Below are positions 13,466 through 28,000 of a stretch of 64,000 nt of DNA, in pieces. The stretch is from Botryllus schlosseri. Taxonomy: Eukaryota. The stretch is from contig CM119380.1 in assembly GCA_051294905.1 (NCBI GenBank), forward strand, positions 25,916,001 through 25,980,000, given 5' to 3'. The translations under genes were made by a program, and so were the position numbers. The notes under the pieces are model-generated. The model was not told where the DNA came from. It worked only from the letters and a program-made list of their open reading frames with translations, and searched no databases. The stretch's first letter is position 1, and the number at the start of each line of letters is the position of its first letter.

Positions 13466-14650
13466 GTATACAGCGTAGCATTGGCAGGTGGTCAGAAAAG
13501 GTTAAAGAAACACGGACTTAGAGTTGGAATATATTTCAACGAATTTGTCATATAGCCGTCTTCCAATAAGTGATGCGTTCATTTTTGCAACGAGTCATTG
13601 CCGCAGAATACACATAGAGACACGTTCGTGCATCGAGACTTATACCCAGAGTATATTCGAATTCCACCGCGTAATTCACATCGAAAATTACCTAAAACTC
13701 CTGTTCTCCTCCTACAAAGCGAAGTGCACGCGTCAATGCAATAACCCGGTTAGAAAGATCCCCGAGTCTCCGCTTTTCCAAATTAGATTAGAATTAGAAT
13801 AATTGAATTCGCAAAAACATTACAGTTCAATTTTACTTCCGCATTAGAAAGAAATGCAACAAAAATAAAGTTTAGCTCATGTCAAATCAGATCAAATCAG
13901 TAACTGCAGTTTTATTGTGAATCGAGTAACAGATAGATATTTAATTGTGATTGCAAAAGGGTGTAGTATCGTTTACACATACATAGAGCTACTCAACTAC
14001 TTCGGTGGAAGTTGCCATTGGGGGTAATATCGCCCATTTTGGAAACCATTGGCAAATATCGAAGTAAGCAAGTCCCGGTTTGATGTTGAAGTTATCGTTA
14101 TCGGAAGTTATCGGAAGCCATTCCCTGACTGACAGACGTAATAGGAGCCTGACTTCCTTTTCCTTGCACAACCTGTCGTTGGTATAATCGGGTGAAATAA
14201 ATGTAAATATACTGGGAGGTACAGAGCCTCAATATACATTTCATTCAATAATATATTCACGTTGAAATAGACTCGACTGACACTCTCCAGGGGTAGTCGT
14301 CAGTAGCTAGTCGAGATTTCAAACAAGGCATTGCACGTAAGCCAGGGGTTCTCAACCTTCTTTTGGCTGTTTCAGGGTTTAAAATGTTCTGTGGCCCACC
14401 TCTTACCCTAGAGCAGTGGTTCCCAAACGGTGGGGAATACAATGGTTTCTGGTGGGGAATAGACCTATTTGTTGAACACTATATACCAGGGGTTCTCAAC
14501 CCGCGGCCCGCAGACGATTATTTTGCGGCCCGCGACATCTTTCATTATAAACGCAAGTACTACTGACACAATTACAAATTAATTTAGATACTTAGCACGT
14601 TAATCGCACCGTAGGCCTATCTGTTTCGTTTGATTACTCATTCTTGAATG

Positions 14651-14965
14651 CAGTGGTTCTCAAACTGGGGGGCGCACCCCCTTGGGGCGTGAAAGCATCT
14701 GAAAGGGAGCGCAAAAATTAGGTCGACTGAAAAAAGTGTTCGCGCTGCGCGCAATATATCTCCAATTCATAGTTATTTCACTGTGTATAGTCTGGTTTCA
14801 TATTTGAGAATTCTCTCATAAACAGCAGCCATGATCTTCCATGCCATCAAACCTTCCGTTTGTATTCCTAGCATTCTGGTTTCATTATGTTATATCACGT
14901 TAGGGGGCTCGAAATTTTTCCCTAGCAAAATGGTAGGCGTGTCTGAAAGAGTTTGAGAACCACTG
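14651..14965. mobile_element. hAT/Charlie-like MITE
   Basis: TIR CAGTGGTTCTCAAAC/GTTTGAGAACCACTG; TSD cttgaatg/ctttaacg (6/8). Confidence 0.75.
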
Positions 14966-17900
14966 CTTTAACGGGGCGTTTTTTGATATATGCTCGACTT
15001 CAGATTGATATTGTTTTGAAACGGTATTAGGCTGGACTCGGATTCAAAAGGATCCCGCTTTGTTGTAGGCATACACTTTTAAAGAGTGTTTGACTCACTG
15101 CGAACGGTTGTTGAGATTGCCGACTATACGTTACAGACGCATCGTTCAAAATTGCTTGGAATATGGCTAAACCCAAGAAATCTACTATAGAAGGTGTGAT
15201 TTTTATAAAACCTTAACATTATGCGCGAATATTTGTTGTTTACGGACCAGCAGCAAGGGCAACATCACCGGACAAATTTCTAAGATACAGTTGTCCGATT
15301 CAATCGTGACCAGACGAGTAACATTAATGCCATTCGATCTTTTATCGCATGTTCTGAAACAAGTTGCCGCGTAGACTACTTTAACCCGCAGCCTCGGACG
15401 AATCCATCAACTTTGCATAATATATGCAGAGGAAATGCTGGCTGGGCAAACGTGGGGAGGGGACCAGCGAAAAATATCAACTTGACAAAGCTGGCTTCTG
15501 GCCCAGGCATGGAAGGAAATGATAAGGGGTGATTGGTTTGCTCAGAAATGGCCCCGAACGCCAGACTTCTTCTCATATCACTCAGAGCTCAATGTGATAA
15601 TGGCCTCTGTAACGCAAAAGTTACCGTAATTTATACTTGCTCGCTCACGCATTGAAGCAGAGAGTTCGGTTCTCCGGTGGCAGGGTTTGAAGTTTCATAT
15701 ACCGACTTGGCAACGAATGCAATGCACCCTCCATGAAAAGATTGACTTGCGCCGCTAGAAGATAGGCCTACACTACATATTCTCACAACAAGCAGCAGCC
15801 GCAAACTTACGAACGCTGTCCAGTGTCCATTAATACTTTATAATGCATAAAAATGTACTAAATGCCTGTATACGACTGGTAAATAGGCTACAGTAGCCTA
15901 AATTTAATATTAGCCCACAAATACATGGTAAGATTGTTCTGCGGCCCGTAGCGTCTTTTGCTGTTAAAATGCGGCCCGTTATACAAGGGAAGTTGAGAAC
16001 CCCTGCTATATACAGAACAGTCTACATATTTATGGAGACACATGCGCATTGCGCAATTACCGTTAGCAGTTAACTGCTCTGAAATGTATGTATCGAAAAT
16101 TTTATTGCGTGTTGTTGACAAAATCTCATCTTTTAAGTCGGGTAACCTATCTTGGCGTCACAAACGCATCCAGCACGACCATTATGACGTAATATAACGC
16201 TTTCGCAAAATTGAGAGGGTTAGCGGTACCGGTTCACCATACGTTTTATATTGCAGTTATAGGCGATTGCATTGCGTACTGGTGTGGTTGTGTGTCTTGT
16301 GTACTCAAACAAGCAAATAGCTGCTCTGTAATCACATAAATTTTAGGTAGTGGGGAATGAAGGCTCGGAGAAAATCTGAAGTGGGGAATGAAAACAAAAA
16401 GGTTTGCAACCACTGTCCTAGAGTGATAGTCCTGTCCAGTGTCTGGTAATCGACGTCGCCGATATGCCCATTTCTCTAAGATATGCGCATTTTCTCTTAG
16501 CCTACTAACCATATTTAAATGCAGGCCTGTATAGGGACAGGAAAAGGCGCGAAGCGTGACGAAAATTTTCAAATTCAATAAATCTCCTCCAACAAACACA
16601 TAACGAAATAATTTTGACCCCCTTCGAGCTCCCCTCGATTGAGGGTTTGGGGTGAGACAGTTATGGCCCTCGAAAATCGTATAACTCTTGTGTACTCCGC
16701 TGTTCTACTCGCCCCTTCGCGAAAACCAATAATCCAATCCCCGCATTCACTGTGTGATTGTGATTTAAGTTCCTCTATTGCGGGGTATAATATAATCATT
16801 CTGGGCCCAGTTCAAACAATTCTTTGGTGAATGGGATATTGCAGAGAAGTGGAGAAAGTATTTTTTCGGTATCCTAGTTGTACAATGTACGTACATGGCA
16901 CGTCTTGTACATATTGTTGTGATGTCAGAACATTAAATATAATGATACAATCAATTCGTTACTTTTGCATTCTGTATAGGGACTTCATGGCCGTATATTT
17001 TAGGCCGACTGCAAAGATTGATGTGCTGCGCCAAATCCTCAATCCATTACGATTCGTCGCGGCGGTGCCGTACACTTCCACAGGAAGTCGATAATTATTA
17101 ATAAATTGCAATTTTGGCTATTTTCATGTCAGAATAATACGACCTGCCGACGTAGGCATAGCATAAATCTACAGCAAATGCACTTCAGTCCGAGTTTAAT
17201 GCACACCCTTTCCAAGGGGATACCACGTATGACACTGCCGGAATACTACATAGTTGCTTCAGCATTAACTTCCAATTATTATATAATCGAAATTAGTTTC
17301 GTTGCTGTTGGTCGTAGGTTGTCATGGCCGGGGGATAAAAGCCACCGTATTTCCACCCATTTTCAACTTGTACATCTCATCAGAGTCGGATGACAAGCTT
17401 TATGTATAGCTTACGTATATAATTCGACAATATGAATATATTTTCGAATATATGAACATAACAAATATAGCTTAACTTTCAGTAATTCTACAAATTTCCA
17501 AATAGCTCTCTGACCCTCCTCAAATTATTCCTGTGGCCCACCCTTTGAGAACCCCTGACCTAAGCCATATGTTCGCCTGGATTATTCGAATGCCAGGGAC
17601 GTCATATTTGGTGATACTAATGATGACATATAGAGTGTTATTGCTGTTTTATCGATTTCGGATACCGATAGAATCCGATCTAACTACAACATGGCGGCGG
17701 CATCGTTTTCGTGAATGGACTAATGAGACCATACTCGGACGGACAAGATGTGTCACCGACGACAACTCCAAAGTAATAGTCTATAACTAGATTACGAAGC
17801 TACGGGTAAGTGTTGGGGTCAAGTCACTACCTTCGAGTCACGAGCCATCTCGAGTCATTGCACATTTTGACTAGAGTCAAGTCAAGTCAATCGATTGTTG

Positions 17901-18817
17901 AAGGTTACTCGAGTCAAGCCAAGTCACGAGCCAGACAGTGAAGAATCCTGAAACATCTTGACAACATTCTATAGGGAATGGTCTTCGTCTTAATTGGAAT
18001 ATTTTCTAAACTTTTCATCAAAACTTCATTGCTAAATCATTTTTATGACGTCACAAATCTCAATCGCAACACGCTGAAAGCTAATGTTTTCGAAAATTAA
18101 AGCGCAATTTGCCAACAAACTAGACCTGATTGAAGAAAACGGATAACAGATTTGGATTCAGCATCAAAACGAATACTAAGAACCGTTAATACTTAAGTAA
18201 TCTCAAAATTAACGCAGCAAAGTGTAATCGGACCAACATGAATGTGGGAGTGAAACCGCGAGAGCACATAGTAGTTGCACGATCTACTATCTCATTAGGA
18301 TGACGAGACTTATCACAAATTTCTATATTTTAAACTACATACAACAATCGTGAATTCTGCTCCGCGGGTTGCACGCACCTGGTCTACGCTGTCATGATAC
18401 ACCCCCGGCGCGTTAACCCCTCTTCGCCCCCTAGTAGCTTCCGATACTAATCACGCCTTGACAAAATATTGCAGTTCAAAACATTCCAATGTACTTTACA
18501 ATTATTGTACTCCCGCCTAGAAGAGGACCGTGCTACAAGTTGGCAACTACGGAATCGAAACAAATTATATTGGCCTGGTGTAAATGATCATTGCAGCCGA
18601 AAAACACCACGAATGCCACAAACGACAACATGCTCGCATGTACAGTGTACACTTTATACATTTTGGTTTATGCCAGGCATATTTTGATCTCACACCAGTC
18701 AAATGAAGAGTAACAGCTTATTGGTCAACGTCTTCTTGCAATATCAATTCCAACTGGTATTCAGGCAATACAGTTGAATATGAGTACGTTTATTGTATGT
18801 GTTGGCTAGGTTACTTG

Positions 18818-19033
18818 TTAAAATGAATCACAACTGTAAGCTTGATCCCCCACATGAGCGCCGTGTTCTTGTAGAAAATCTATGTAAGCTTGGACTCTTG
18901 TGTAAAAACTCGGTTCCGTCGTTTGACAGCTCTCGCCGGTGAATGGATTTTGGAGATGGAAGCTTGCAATTCCCGCTGCATACCATTCGCAGCTGCTGCA
19001 TCGTTGGCAAACGAGAGTTCCGCCGCTATCCCC
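18818..19033 (-). CDS. Gene A last exon (catalytic Ser)
   Basis: tttag|GGG GAT AGC GGC GGA. GDSGGTLVCQRCSSCEWYAAGIASFHLQNPFTGESCQTTEPSFYTRVQAYIDFLQEHGAHVGDQAYSCDSF*. Confidence 0.92.
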   Translation of the reverse strand, partial: GDSGGTLVCQRCSSCEWYAAGIASFHLQNPFTGESCQTTEPSFYTRVQAYIDFLQEHGAHVGDQAYSCDSF

Positions 19034-22000
19034 CTAAACAATAAGTTTACCCATATTCATGCAAAGCGTTAACCCAAGTTTAGTATATCCGAGCGCAAAA
19101 ATACACAGCTTTATTAGACTAAGCTAAAGATTACTATAAACTCCGAATAAGACGCGCAACACGTGACTACACGGTTGGACAACCAAATTCGACTAGCTGG
19201 AAATCGGCATTGTTGCGAACCATCGGAGTGTCTCAATAGTTCATTGTTATGGTCTTTGTGTTGCGAGGGTTCAATTTCTCGAAAAAACGCAAGTTTTCGA
19301 CATTTTACTGGCTATTTTGGGATAGTTGCAGTACTACGCCTACCATATTTTCAGCATCCGGAAGGAGGACATATCTAGCCGACAATATAACGAAAGTAGA
19401 ATTGTTAAGTTTGAGTCTAATCATGTTTACATTTCGTAGTTGCAGGCATAAGTTACAAAAATCAAAGCAAAATTTAATAAACAGACACAAAATCAAACTG
19501 GCACCACATAAATTGCGACAGATCTTCGCGCGTAAAAAGGCCCAGATGGTGCGGAGAACGTCGAACAATGTTTGCAATAACAACCAAGAGTAGGGGCGAG
19601 CAACCAGCTATTCAGCAAGTCTCAGTAATCGTTTACAAATAAATTCTACGACTCGCCTAAAAGTCTTGTTGAAAGTCAAAGCAACTATAACGCGAATAAA
19701 GAGGACATTTGGACATTTCTTGCGTCCTCGGAGGATTACTCACTTTTCATGAGAAAAGACGACAAATCCTCCTATAAGAGGAAATATGGTAAGCCTATGC
19801 AGTGCCCTGATTAGGTCATAATTTATAATTTCGGAATCGGCGCTACAGTAACTTTCACCCATGACCACTTTCAATAAATGTTTCGATCGGGTCGCAAGCT
19901 ATAAAAAGGGGCTTCTTAGATTTGTGTCGCGGTCTAAAAAGTATGAATTTTATTGGCATCTCGCGAGTCAGGCCCAATACATCGAAATAATATAAGTTAA
20001 TGTCCGTATGCAGCGCTTTTACGGCCATGTATGAAATAGAGAAGGTGCATACAGCCAGTTGTACGCAATGTAGTTCTATGAAACATGTGTGACGCACGCG
20101 ATCACAAATTGGGGTGCATTATTTTCCTTGCGGACCGCATTTGTACGGCGGGTGTTAGATTACGAGAACGGGACTATACGGTGCCGACCATTTCAACGAT
20201 CGGACATATCAATATCGACCAGACAGCGACCGTCATTTTGGGTCAAGGTTTTATCGCCGCCATTTTTTTGACACCGCACTTTGCCGCATGTTGGTAAAAA
20301 CTTCATGTCCGCAAGTATCCTGGCGTAGAAAGGGTCGGCGCCGAAATACCTGGTATACCGCGCAGGTTAGGGATTTCCAGAGAAACCAATGTCAGACGAA
20401 TCTTAGCATAGCATCAAACCGATTTCTTTAATTACAAGATCAGCACATTTTCTTGATCAAGCCGTATTGTCGTAACCACATCTCGCTTATTGAGTACTCA
20501 GAGAGTACCCAACACGCTGACGTCGCACATGTGTAAACTAACCGTAGGAGATCACGCGAAACGCGAAGAATTTTTTTTGTGAAAGAAATTCAACTAATAT
20601 TATATACACACTAAGAGATTGCTCTGATGCCGCCGCGACCCTAAATTATACCCTTCGCGACCCACGTATGGGTCGCAACTCATACTTTAAGAACCCATGC
20701 TACAACATTACAATATCTGTTTACAAAGCTTTAAGGAATTGCCTTCTCTGGTTTGCCAACATTGCCGTATGTTACTTATATAGAAATGAGACACGCCTTC
20801 TCCCTCTCAACGGGCATTGTATTGCTATCGTGCTGCGTGATGTCGTAATAAGTGGCACACCCCTAACCATCTTAGCCACGCTCCTTCATTCCATACCAGC
20901 ATTGGGTACTTACGAAGCATGCACTTTGCGGAGTCAGTGACGAAGTGGCGCAGATTTGAAATTGCTGATCAAATATTAAATAGCGGGAAGCACACCCCGC
21001 GGCGGTTTGTACTGATAGCTGCGCTTCCTGTAGCAACACTGGCGATGCAAAACCTGTTGTAGGATCAGTGTCTAAAGAAAAATGGATCATTAGTGGGCTG
21101 GTGGGGTAAGAACATGTTCGTTTATCGACGGTAGCCTAAACTAGTGAACTGCGGTGATGGAATACTAAATGCAGTGGTTGATACTATTTGTAACGTCTAG
21201 GCCTGTGCAAAAACAAGGTACCTGAGGGATTAGTTTCTATTCAAGTCGAGTATCAACCATTATGACGTCACAACAGTGTCGATGATGTGGAAAGTTCAAT
21301 ATATACCCTTTTGAGACCACAAGGAATATAGCGTCTGTTCTACAGCATATAAATATTAATTTGGTTTTATTTCATTGCAGTTAGTGATAATGCTGTTGGT
21401 TGATTACGACTTCAGAAGATATGCCATTTCAACTAACGTGTGTAGCTTTGTTCTACACGTCTCGTGTGCTACGATACAATCAATCGAAGTTTACGGCCTT
21501 CCACCATAGTGTCCTATATGGTGTCGACACAGGCAAATCTCACGCCTCAGTGAAATTGTATCACGTCACAATTTACATTTGGCTACAGGCAATTTGACGG
21601 TCATTTTTGACCGGCTTGCCGAGCATTAAATTTGGTAAAACAGGTATCAATCGAAAGCTGACTCTGCACTGATTACGAAAATATAAATTTTATTCCGCTC
21701 GTGGCCTTGGAACTCCCACAATCAGTCTCGAATTTTTCATTGTTATGGAGATTTGCATTGGGACGCAACAATGCTGTCTGGCGAAACGAGAGAGTAGCTC
21801 AAGAGAAAATGAGCCAGACAGCATTGTTCAGCATTGTTGCGTCCCAATGCCAATCTCCATAACAATGAAAATTTCGAGGCTGATTGTGGGAGTTCCAAGG
21901 CCACGAGCGGAATAAATTTTATATTTTCGTAATCAGTGCAGAGTCAGCTTTCGATTGATACCTGTTTTACCAAATTTAATGCTCGGCAAGCCGGTCAAAA

Positions 22001-25000
22001 ATGACCGTCAAATTGCCTGTAGCCAAATGGAAATTGTGACGTGATACAATTTCACTGAGGCGTGAGATTTGTCTGTGTCGACACCATATAGGACACTATG
22101 CTTTCACAGTGGATAATATAGTATCGAAACTATAATTTTCGATGATGAATTAACTCTTTGTGGCAAGGATCATATAATTTCACCACTCGAAAAAATCATA
22201 TCTCCCTACTCGACTGGAATACCTAGAATTACACAGAGGTGGTCAAAGTAGTCAAGAAAGCTACTCAAGTAGAAGTAGAAGTAGTGATGAATAAATCTAC
22301 TCAAGTGCGAGTAGAAGTACTTCTTCCATAAGCAACCTAAAACTACTTGAAGTAGAAGTAGAATTGACTGACTTTAAATCTACTCAAGTAAGTAAGTAGT
22401 TGTTAAAACGATCGTAATTCGTTCACATGGATTGTCAAAAGGTGCAAATTGAACTATGCGAAAGGTGCAGAGCTTGATTCATATTGATTCATATCCAATT
22501 TTCGACAGTATAAGCATTCGTCCGCATCATGGGTTGAAATGATCGTATTGATATGGAAATGCGATACTAATCCTCTATTTACTCGAGCAGAACGTTTTAG
22601 AAAATATCATGGTATGGCGCCCTCCCCCATATTGTAAAACCTGTAGTTTAGTCGAAGAGCAATACGGAGAAGTTGTATAGGATACGGTGTAAACACTTTG
22701 CGCGATTAGTAAACTTTAAAAAATATGGTGGATCGAAAAAATGCCGAACTGTGTAGCTTTATTTCCGGAAATTAAAGGGATTACCACACTTGCTTTTATA
22801 CTACAACATGTATATTATCCAGACAAAAGAACTGATGTTAATTAGAACTCAAAGTATATGGTACTGGGAATTGAAAATTAAATAAAAATACTACTTCTGA
22901 AAGCGGAACATGTATTTCATGTCTTCAGTCCAGAAAGTTTCGAAGGTTGGTATGCTAAAACAGCTCTAAAACTAAAAAAAAGTCAGAGTCCACTTTTCCA
23001 GATTAGGACACGCCATGGACTTTTAGATTACGATATGATAAGTAAATGCTAGATTGAGAAACATCAGTTTCAAACGTTATGATGAGCCATAATATTATAT
23101 ACTGTGATGAAATATTTGATATGGCGAGCGGCGACAATGCGGTGTGCACGGAACCATGCCAACCCGCTACCTAAATTATATTCACCAATACTATAGTGAA
23201 ACCAAACCGGTTACCCCGTATCCACTGCGCGCGAAGCGCGACGAAAATTCTGGGCTTTACTTAAATTTTATGAAAATTAAATGTTGATGCTCCGTGAAAA
23301 CAGCCCCAAAATTCTTCAGGCTATCATCCCGATTGGAGGACTAAACTACTTCTACTTGACAAACTGAAAATAGCGAAAATTAAGTAAGTAGATCGCACAA
23401 TATTACGAAGTAGAAGTAGCAAAAATCAGATCTACTTGAGTAAGTACCAGAAGTAGAGGAAAACTACTTGAGTACTTCGAAAAAGTAGAAGTACTTCGTT
23501 ACTGACCACCTCTGGAATTACACTTTTCGATTTAAATTCGAGTACTCGACTCACTGTGCCCACCGCTAGTTACGTTCCCCGTTCATCACTTTTGGAACCT
23601 TTCCCCATACGGTATAAACAGATAGAATGCAAACATAGAAAGACTTAAGTATAAGTCTATGACCACTGGCGCTATAGTGTCGGTCCCCAGCATGGATGGC
23701 ATCCGGCTCCTCAGCTCTGACCTCTTCGGTACCCCGCGGCGGAGGTCCATGGACTTTAAGCTGAGAGCCGCGTGTATTATACACCATCACTATGGCGATT
23801 ATTTAACATGTCAAAAAAAAGTCAAAATTTTGTCGAAATTGTAGCGTTAGGTCAGAAATTGTCAAAATTGTTTACTAAGTCAAAAAAATGTTTGATCCCT
23901 GCATTTTGTTCGTATCGTATATTTTACAGCTTGTAGCCTACTTTATAGGCCTACCGTTGTAGACGGCCCATTGTCTGCTCATTGTGAATCATAAACGGCC
24001 AAATGAAACAAATAGGTTGACGTGGTGTTATGGTGAACGTACCGCAATATCCTAACTGAAGAAAGACTGCTTGGACATTGCATGGTTCTTATATCAAGAA
24101 GCACGTGATGAAAAATTGTGATGTAGGTAGACAACATTGCCAGAATGAAGCAACACGGTGTTTCACCAACAGTGTACGTACAACTTCAGTATTGTCAGCC
24201 AACAACTGCTGCTGTTGAACGTTCTTTCTCCATTTTTGGCAAGCTACTTGATAAGGACAGACCCTTTCTACCAGAGCATGTAAGAAAGTATCTTTCGTTG
24301 TACCACAACAAATTTTAATTATTTCTACCGTAATACGTGGTGTAACTACTGCAATTTTTCATAGGGCCAGATTTCGTTAAAATGTAAGTTTTTGATGAAC
24401 TTTTTTCGGGCCGAACTACTTCGTAAGGTCAGACAGTTCCAACCAGAAATGAAGATAAGTGGTACAATTTTAGCATTGAGGGCGAAAACACCTAATTTTC
24501 ATAAGTAAGGTCAAAATTTGGTCAAAATTAAGTTTTTTTAGGTCAAAAAATGTTAGTATTTTGATCTTATAGGTAAAAAATCGCTCTAACCATCATCAAT
24601 CAAGGTACAGCAATTACCTAATATGCTCAGATTTAATTATAAATGTTTATCTAATATTGCAACCAATACCTCCCCATCCGGTAATAACGCAATTCATCCC
24701 CGGTGCGGGATCCTCCCCCATTGGTAGGCTCAGGGGCGTGGCGTAGGAAGGAACTTCTCTGAAAAGCTGACACGCGCACACGTTTAACAAACGAAATGTT
24801 GATGACTGTGACAAACTAGTACCTTCAACACCATGATATCATGGAAGACATCTGTGTAAAAGGGGAACGGGATCGCTTCGGCTACTGTTATATCCTCGCC
24901 AAGGTTAATATCGATCGATCCCGCCCGTACAAATCCAGCTTCACTACCCGTAATGATGCCGTTCGTTGATCTAGAAATTTCCGCGATAGATTTGCTTTGT

Positions 25001-28000
25001 ATACTAGTAATTTCATATGCCCAAGACAACAATGTACAATACCAAAACGCGACGAGAGGATAGGAGGGTGTCAAAACGACCATGTGCTGTAGATTCATTT
25101 AGCATTCACAGTGACCATAATCTAGTGATACCATATTTCCTCCTTCAGGAAGATTTGTCGTCATTTTTCAAGAAATCTAAAATGTCTTCCGAATACTCCC
25201 ATATGTTATCCATTTTCGCAATTCGTCCTCCTTCATAGATTTGAGAGCCAAGCGATCGCCAGGGGCGATTACAAATACCAGAATAGACGTGAAATCTGGA
25301 TTTCGACGGCAAGGTTGCCTAGAAAAAGGTCAACTGGAATCGATGATACAGTTCGGACGAGTCTTTCAGGATTCGGGGCGGAAAAATTACCCTTCATTTT
25401 TAGTCAACCAGTCAATATTGGCAGTAAAATGGCTCCTGTCAAAGAATGCGATACTTCATCTATTGTGACTTGTGAAAAGTGTCCTCTTTTTCCGATCTCA
25501 GAATATGGTAACCCTGCCATACAGGCATTGAATCCTAGCATTACAGTGACGATGTTCTAGATCTGTGATTCTTAACCAGGAGACGCTGAGCCTTAAGGTC
25601 AAGACACATGCACGTGACTCATACAGTTGAAGTCACGCTGATTTGCCATATTCATTATACGACACGACCTCGGACGCTCAGCAACCTGCTTGAGTCGAGA
25701 GTCAAACCCGCAACCTTTGTGACAATTACCGTTACAACAAAGACGGCCGTTGGAGGCAGATGTACCCAGCACGAGCTATATGGCAAAATGAACAAATCAA
25801 CACAGCCCTTGGCAAATGCTACAAATAGAAAATTGCTCCTAATCAGTTGGATAGCATCGACATGCGCTGTTATACAATATGACCGTCCTCCCTTATCGAC
25901 CGAATAACGGATGTCTTACGTAAACTTGCAGTGCGCTGCAGTCATCACCATCTTCGGTGAGATGATGGCTCCGCCACATGAACCTATTGCGCCGTCCGCT
26001 CTGGGAAAACGATACTGAACCTACAGAAATGTATGTTTCGTCAGTGTCAGTTTAATAATAATTTCATCATTTCCAAACACCACAAGACTGCGATAATAGG
26101 ATGGTGTCGAAACGGCTCGGAGTAGTCTTTGGAATCAGACACGCACCTGGGTCCAAGCGATGTAAATAAGGGACATGCACTCTTGGCGTGTATTTCCACC
26201 CGTGTGCCACCCCTGATATACGAATGTAAATATACAACCGTGGCACGCGAAACCAGTATCTACCTCAGACTTATACCGCGGCATAAATCGAGTACAACAT
26301 TTTAATCCAAATTATACATGCACGTAGGAGCGTATGCACGTAGGCACGTAGAAATGATGACCGCGATATAATTCTGAGTTAGGTTATGTTTTCGCGTACC
26401 ACCCTTATCGGTCCTTTGGGTGTGAAGTGAATACACAATCTTTTTGCTAATAGTGTGGAAAGAACTGAGGGATAACATAAAACGAGTAGTGATGAAATGA
26501 GTGACGGTGAATTGGTTCGTTTCTACGAAAGCTTCGACAGATTTCAATGGGATTTGGACGGAAACAATCAATAACAGAAGAGGGGAATTAGTGTGTATTG
26601 TTGGGTTTGGGGTTGCATTTGAAACAAACGGTTGTTCAAAACACTTTGTTTAAACAGTGTTTTAAACCGGTGGTTTTCAAACTGGGGGGTGCGCCTCCTC
26701 TTGGGGAGCGTGAAAGCGTGAAAGGGGGGCGCGAAGTCGCAGTTACCCGAAAAAATTTTCGCGCGCCACACGTTTTATCTCCAATTCATGGTATTTACTC
26801 TGTCTCTTGTCCGAATTTCTTATTCTGATTTCTCTCTTTAATATTTTGTGATATCACGATAAAGGAGCGCGAAATCTTTCACTATAAAAAATGGGGGGCG
26901 TGTCTAAAAAAGTTTGAAAACCACTGTTTTAAACGTAGGCCTTTAAAAAAAATTGTGTTCTGTTCAAGTTAATAATTGTACAAATACTTTCCAAGAACAT
27001 GTTGTATGAGCCTACGGACGTCACAATTGAATATGCATGACGTCTTAGCTTAGAAAAAACATGTTTTAAACAAGGGCCTAGTTTAAACATGTTTGTTTTA
27101 AATTGTTTTTTGTTTTAAACACAACCCTTGTGGGTTAAACACGTGCGAAATATTGTTGCAAGGTATGTATACCACGCAGATGCTTCTGCGTAAGTGTGAC
27201 ATAAGTTTCAGAATATATTGTATGCTGCTAATTTAATTCTAATCTAATTTTTGAAATGTTTCTACGGTCTGATTTCAATTCTTGTCTAATTTCTCGTATT
27301 CCTGAAAATACAGCAGGAGTACTGTGTAGTGCGCAGCGAACCAAGATTGCTGTACACGTGTACAGACATTGGCCATTCTCATGCTCGTGAGCATGAAGTC
27401 TGGTTTGATGTACTGAACTTGATTCAATAATCAATTATCTGACATAAATACAGTTCGTTTGCATGGTATGAATACAGCTCCCCGTAATGACACATTGTAA
27501 AGTATGTACTGTTTTATTAGTTTCAGTGACGTGTCACCAGAATTGGGAAACTTGATAATTGATAATATTAGATAAACTCTAGATGCCGAATGAGACTAAT
27601 CGGCGTCGGTAATCTAATTCTAGTCTAATACGTGAAATGTGTCTATATGATCTGATTTTAATTCTAATCGATAATATCTGGTTTTCTCGAAAATGTTGCA
27701 GGAGATCTGTACAGTGAAAAACGGTCCAAGCCTTGGTGCACAGGCATTGACCATTTTCGTGCAGATGACAGTGAAATCGGACTGGATATGTAGTGAACTT
27801 TATTTTTTATTTTTTCTTGCATATTTTCCTATTTCTGAATTCAGTTGACTTTTCAAGTTGTTACGAATTCAGTAATGTCACCGTTCCCTAATTTATACTC
27901 TAATCTAGTTTCTGGTTTTCCTAAAAATCCTTTAGGAGATGTGTGCATAGTGCTTATGTGATTGAACTGTGAATTGATATGAAGGGAACTTCATTCATTT

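Noticed and set aside
15376-16599. ORFs at 15376-15576, 15888-16121 and 16246-16599; likewise 40810-41130
   Set aside because: No recognisable motifs, no consistent splice-site pairs and no paralogous support; some overlap MITE fragments.
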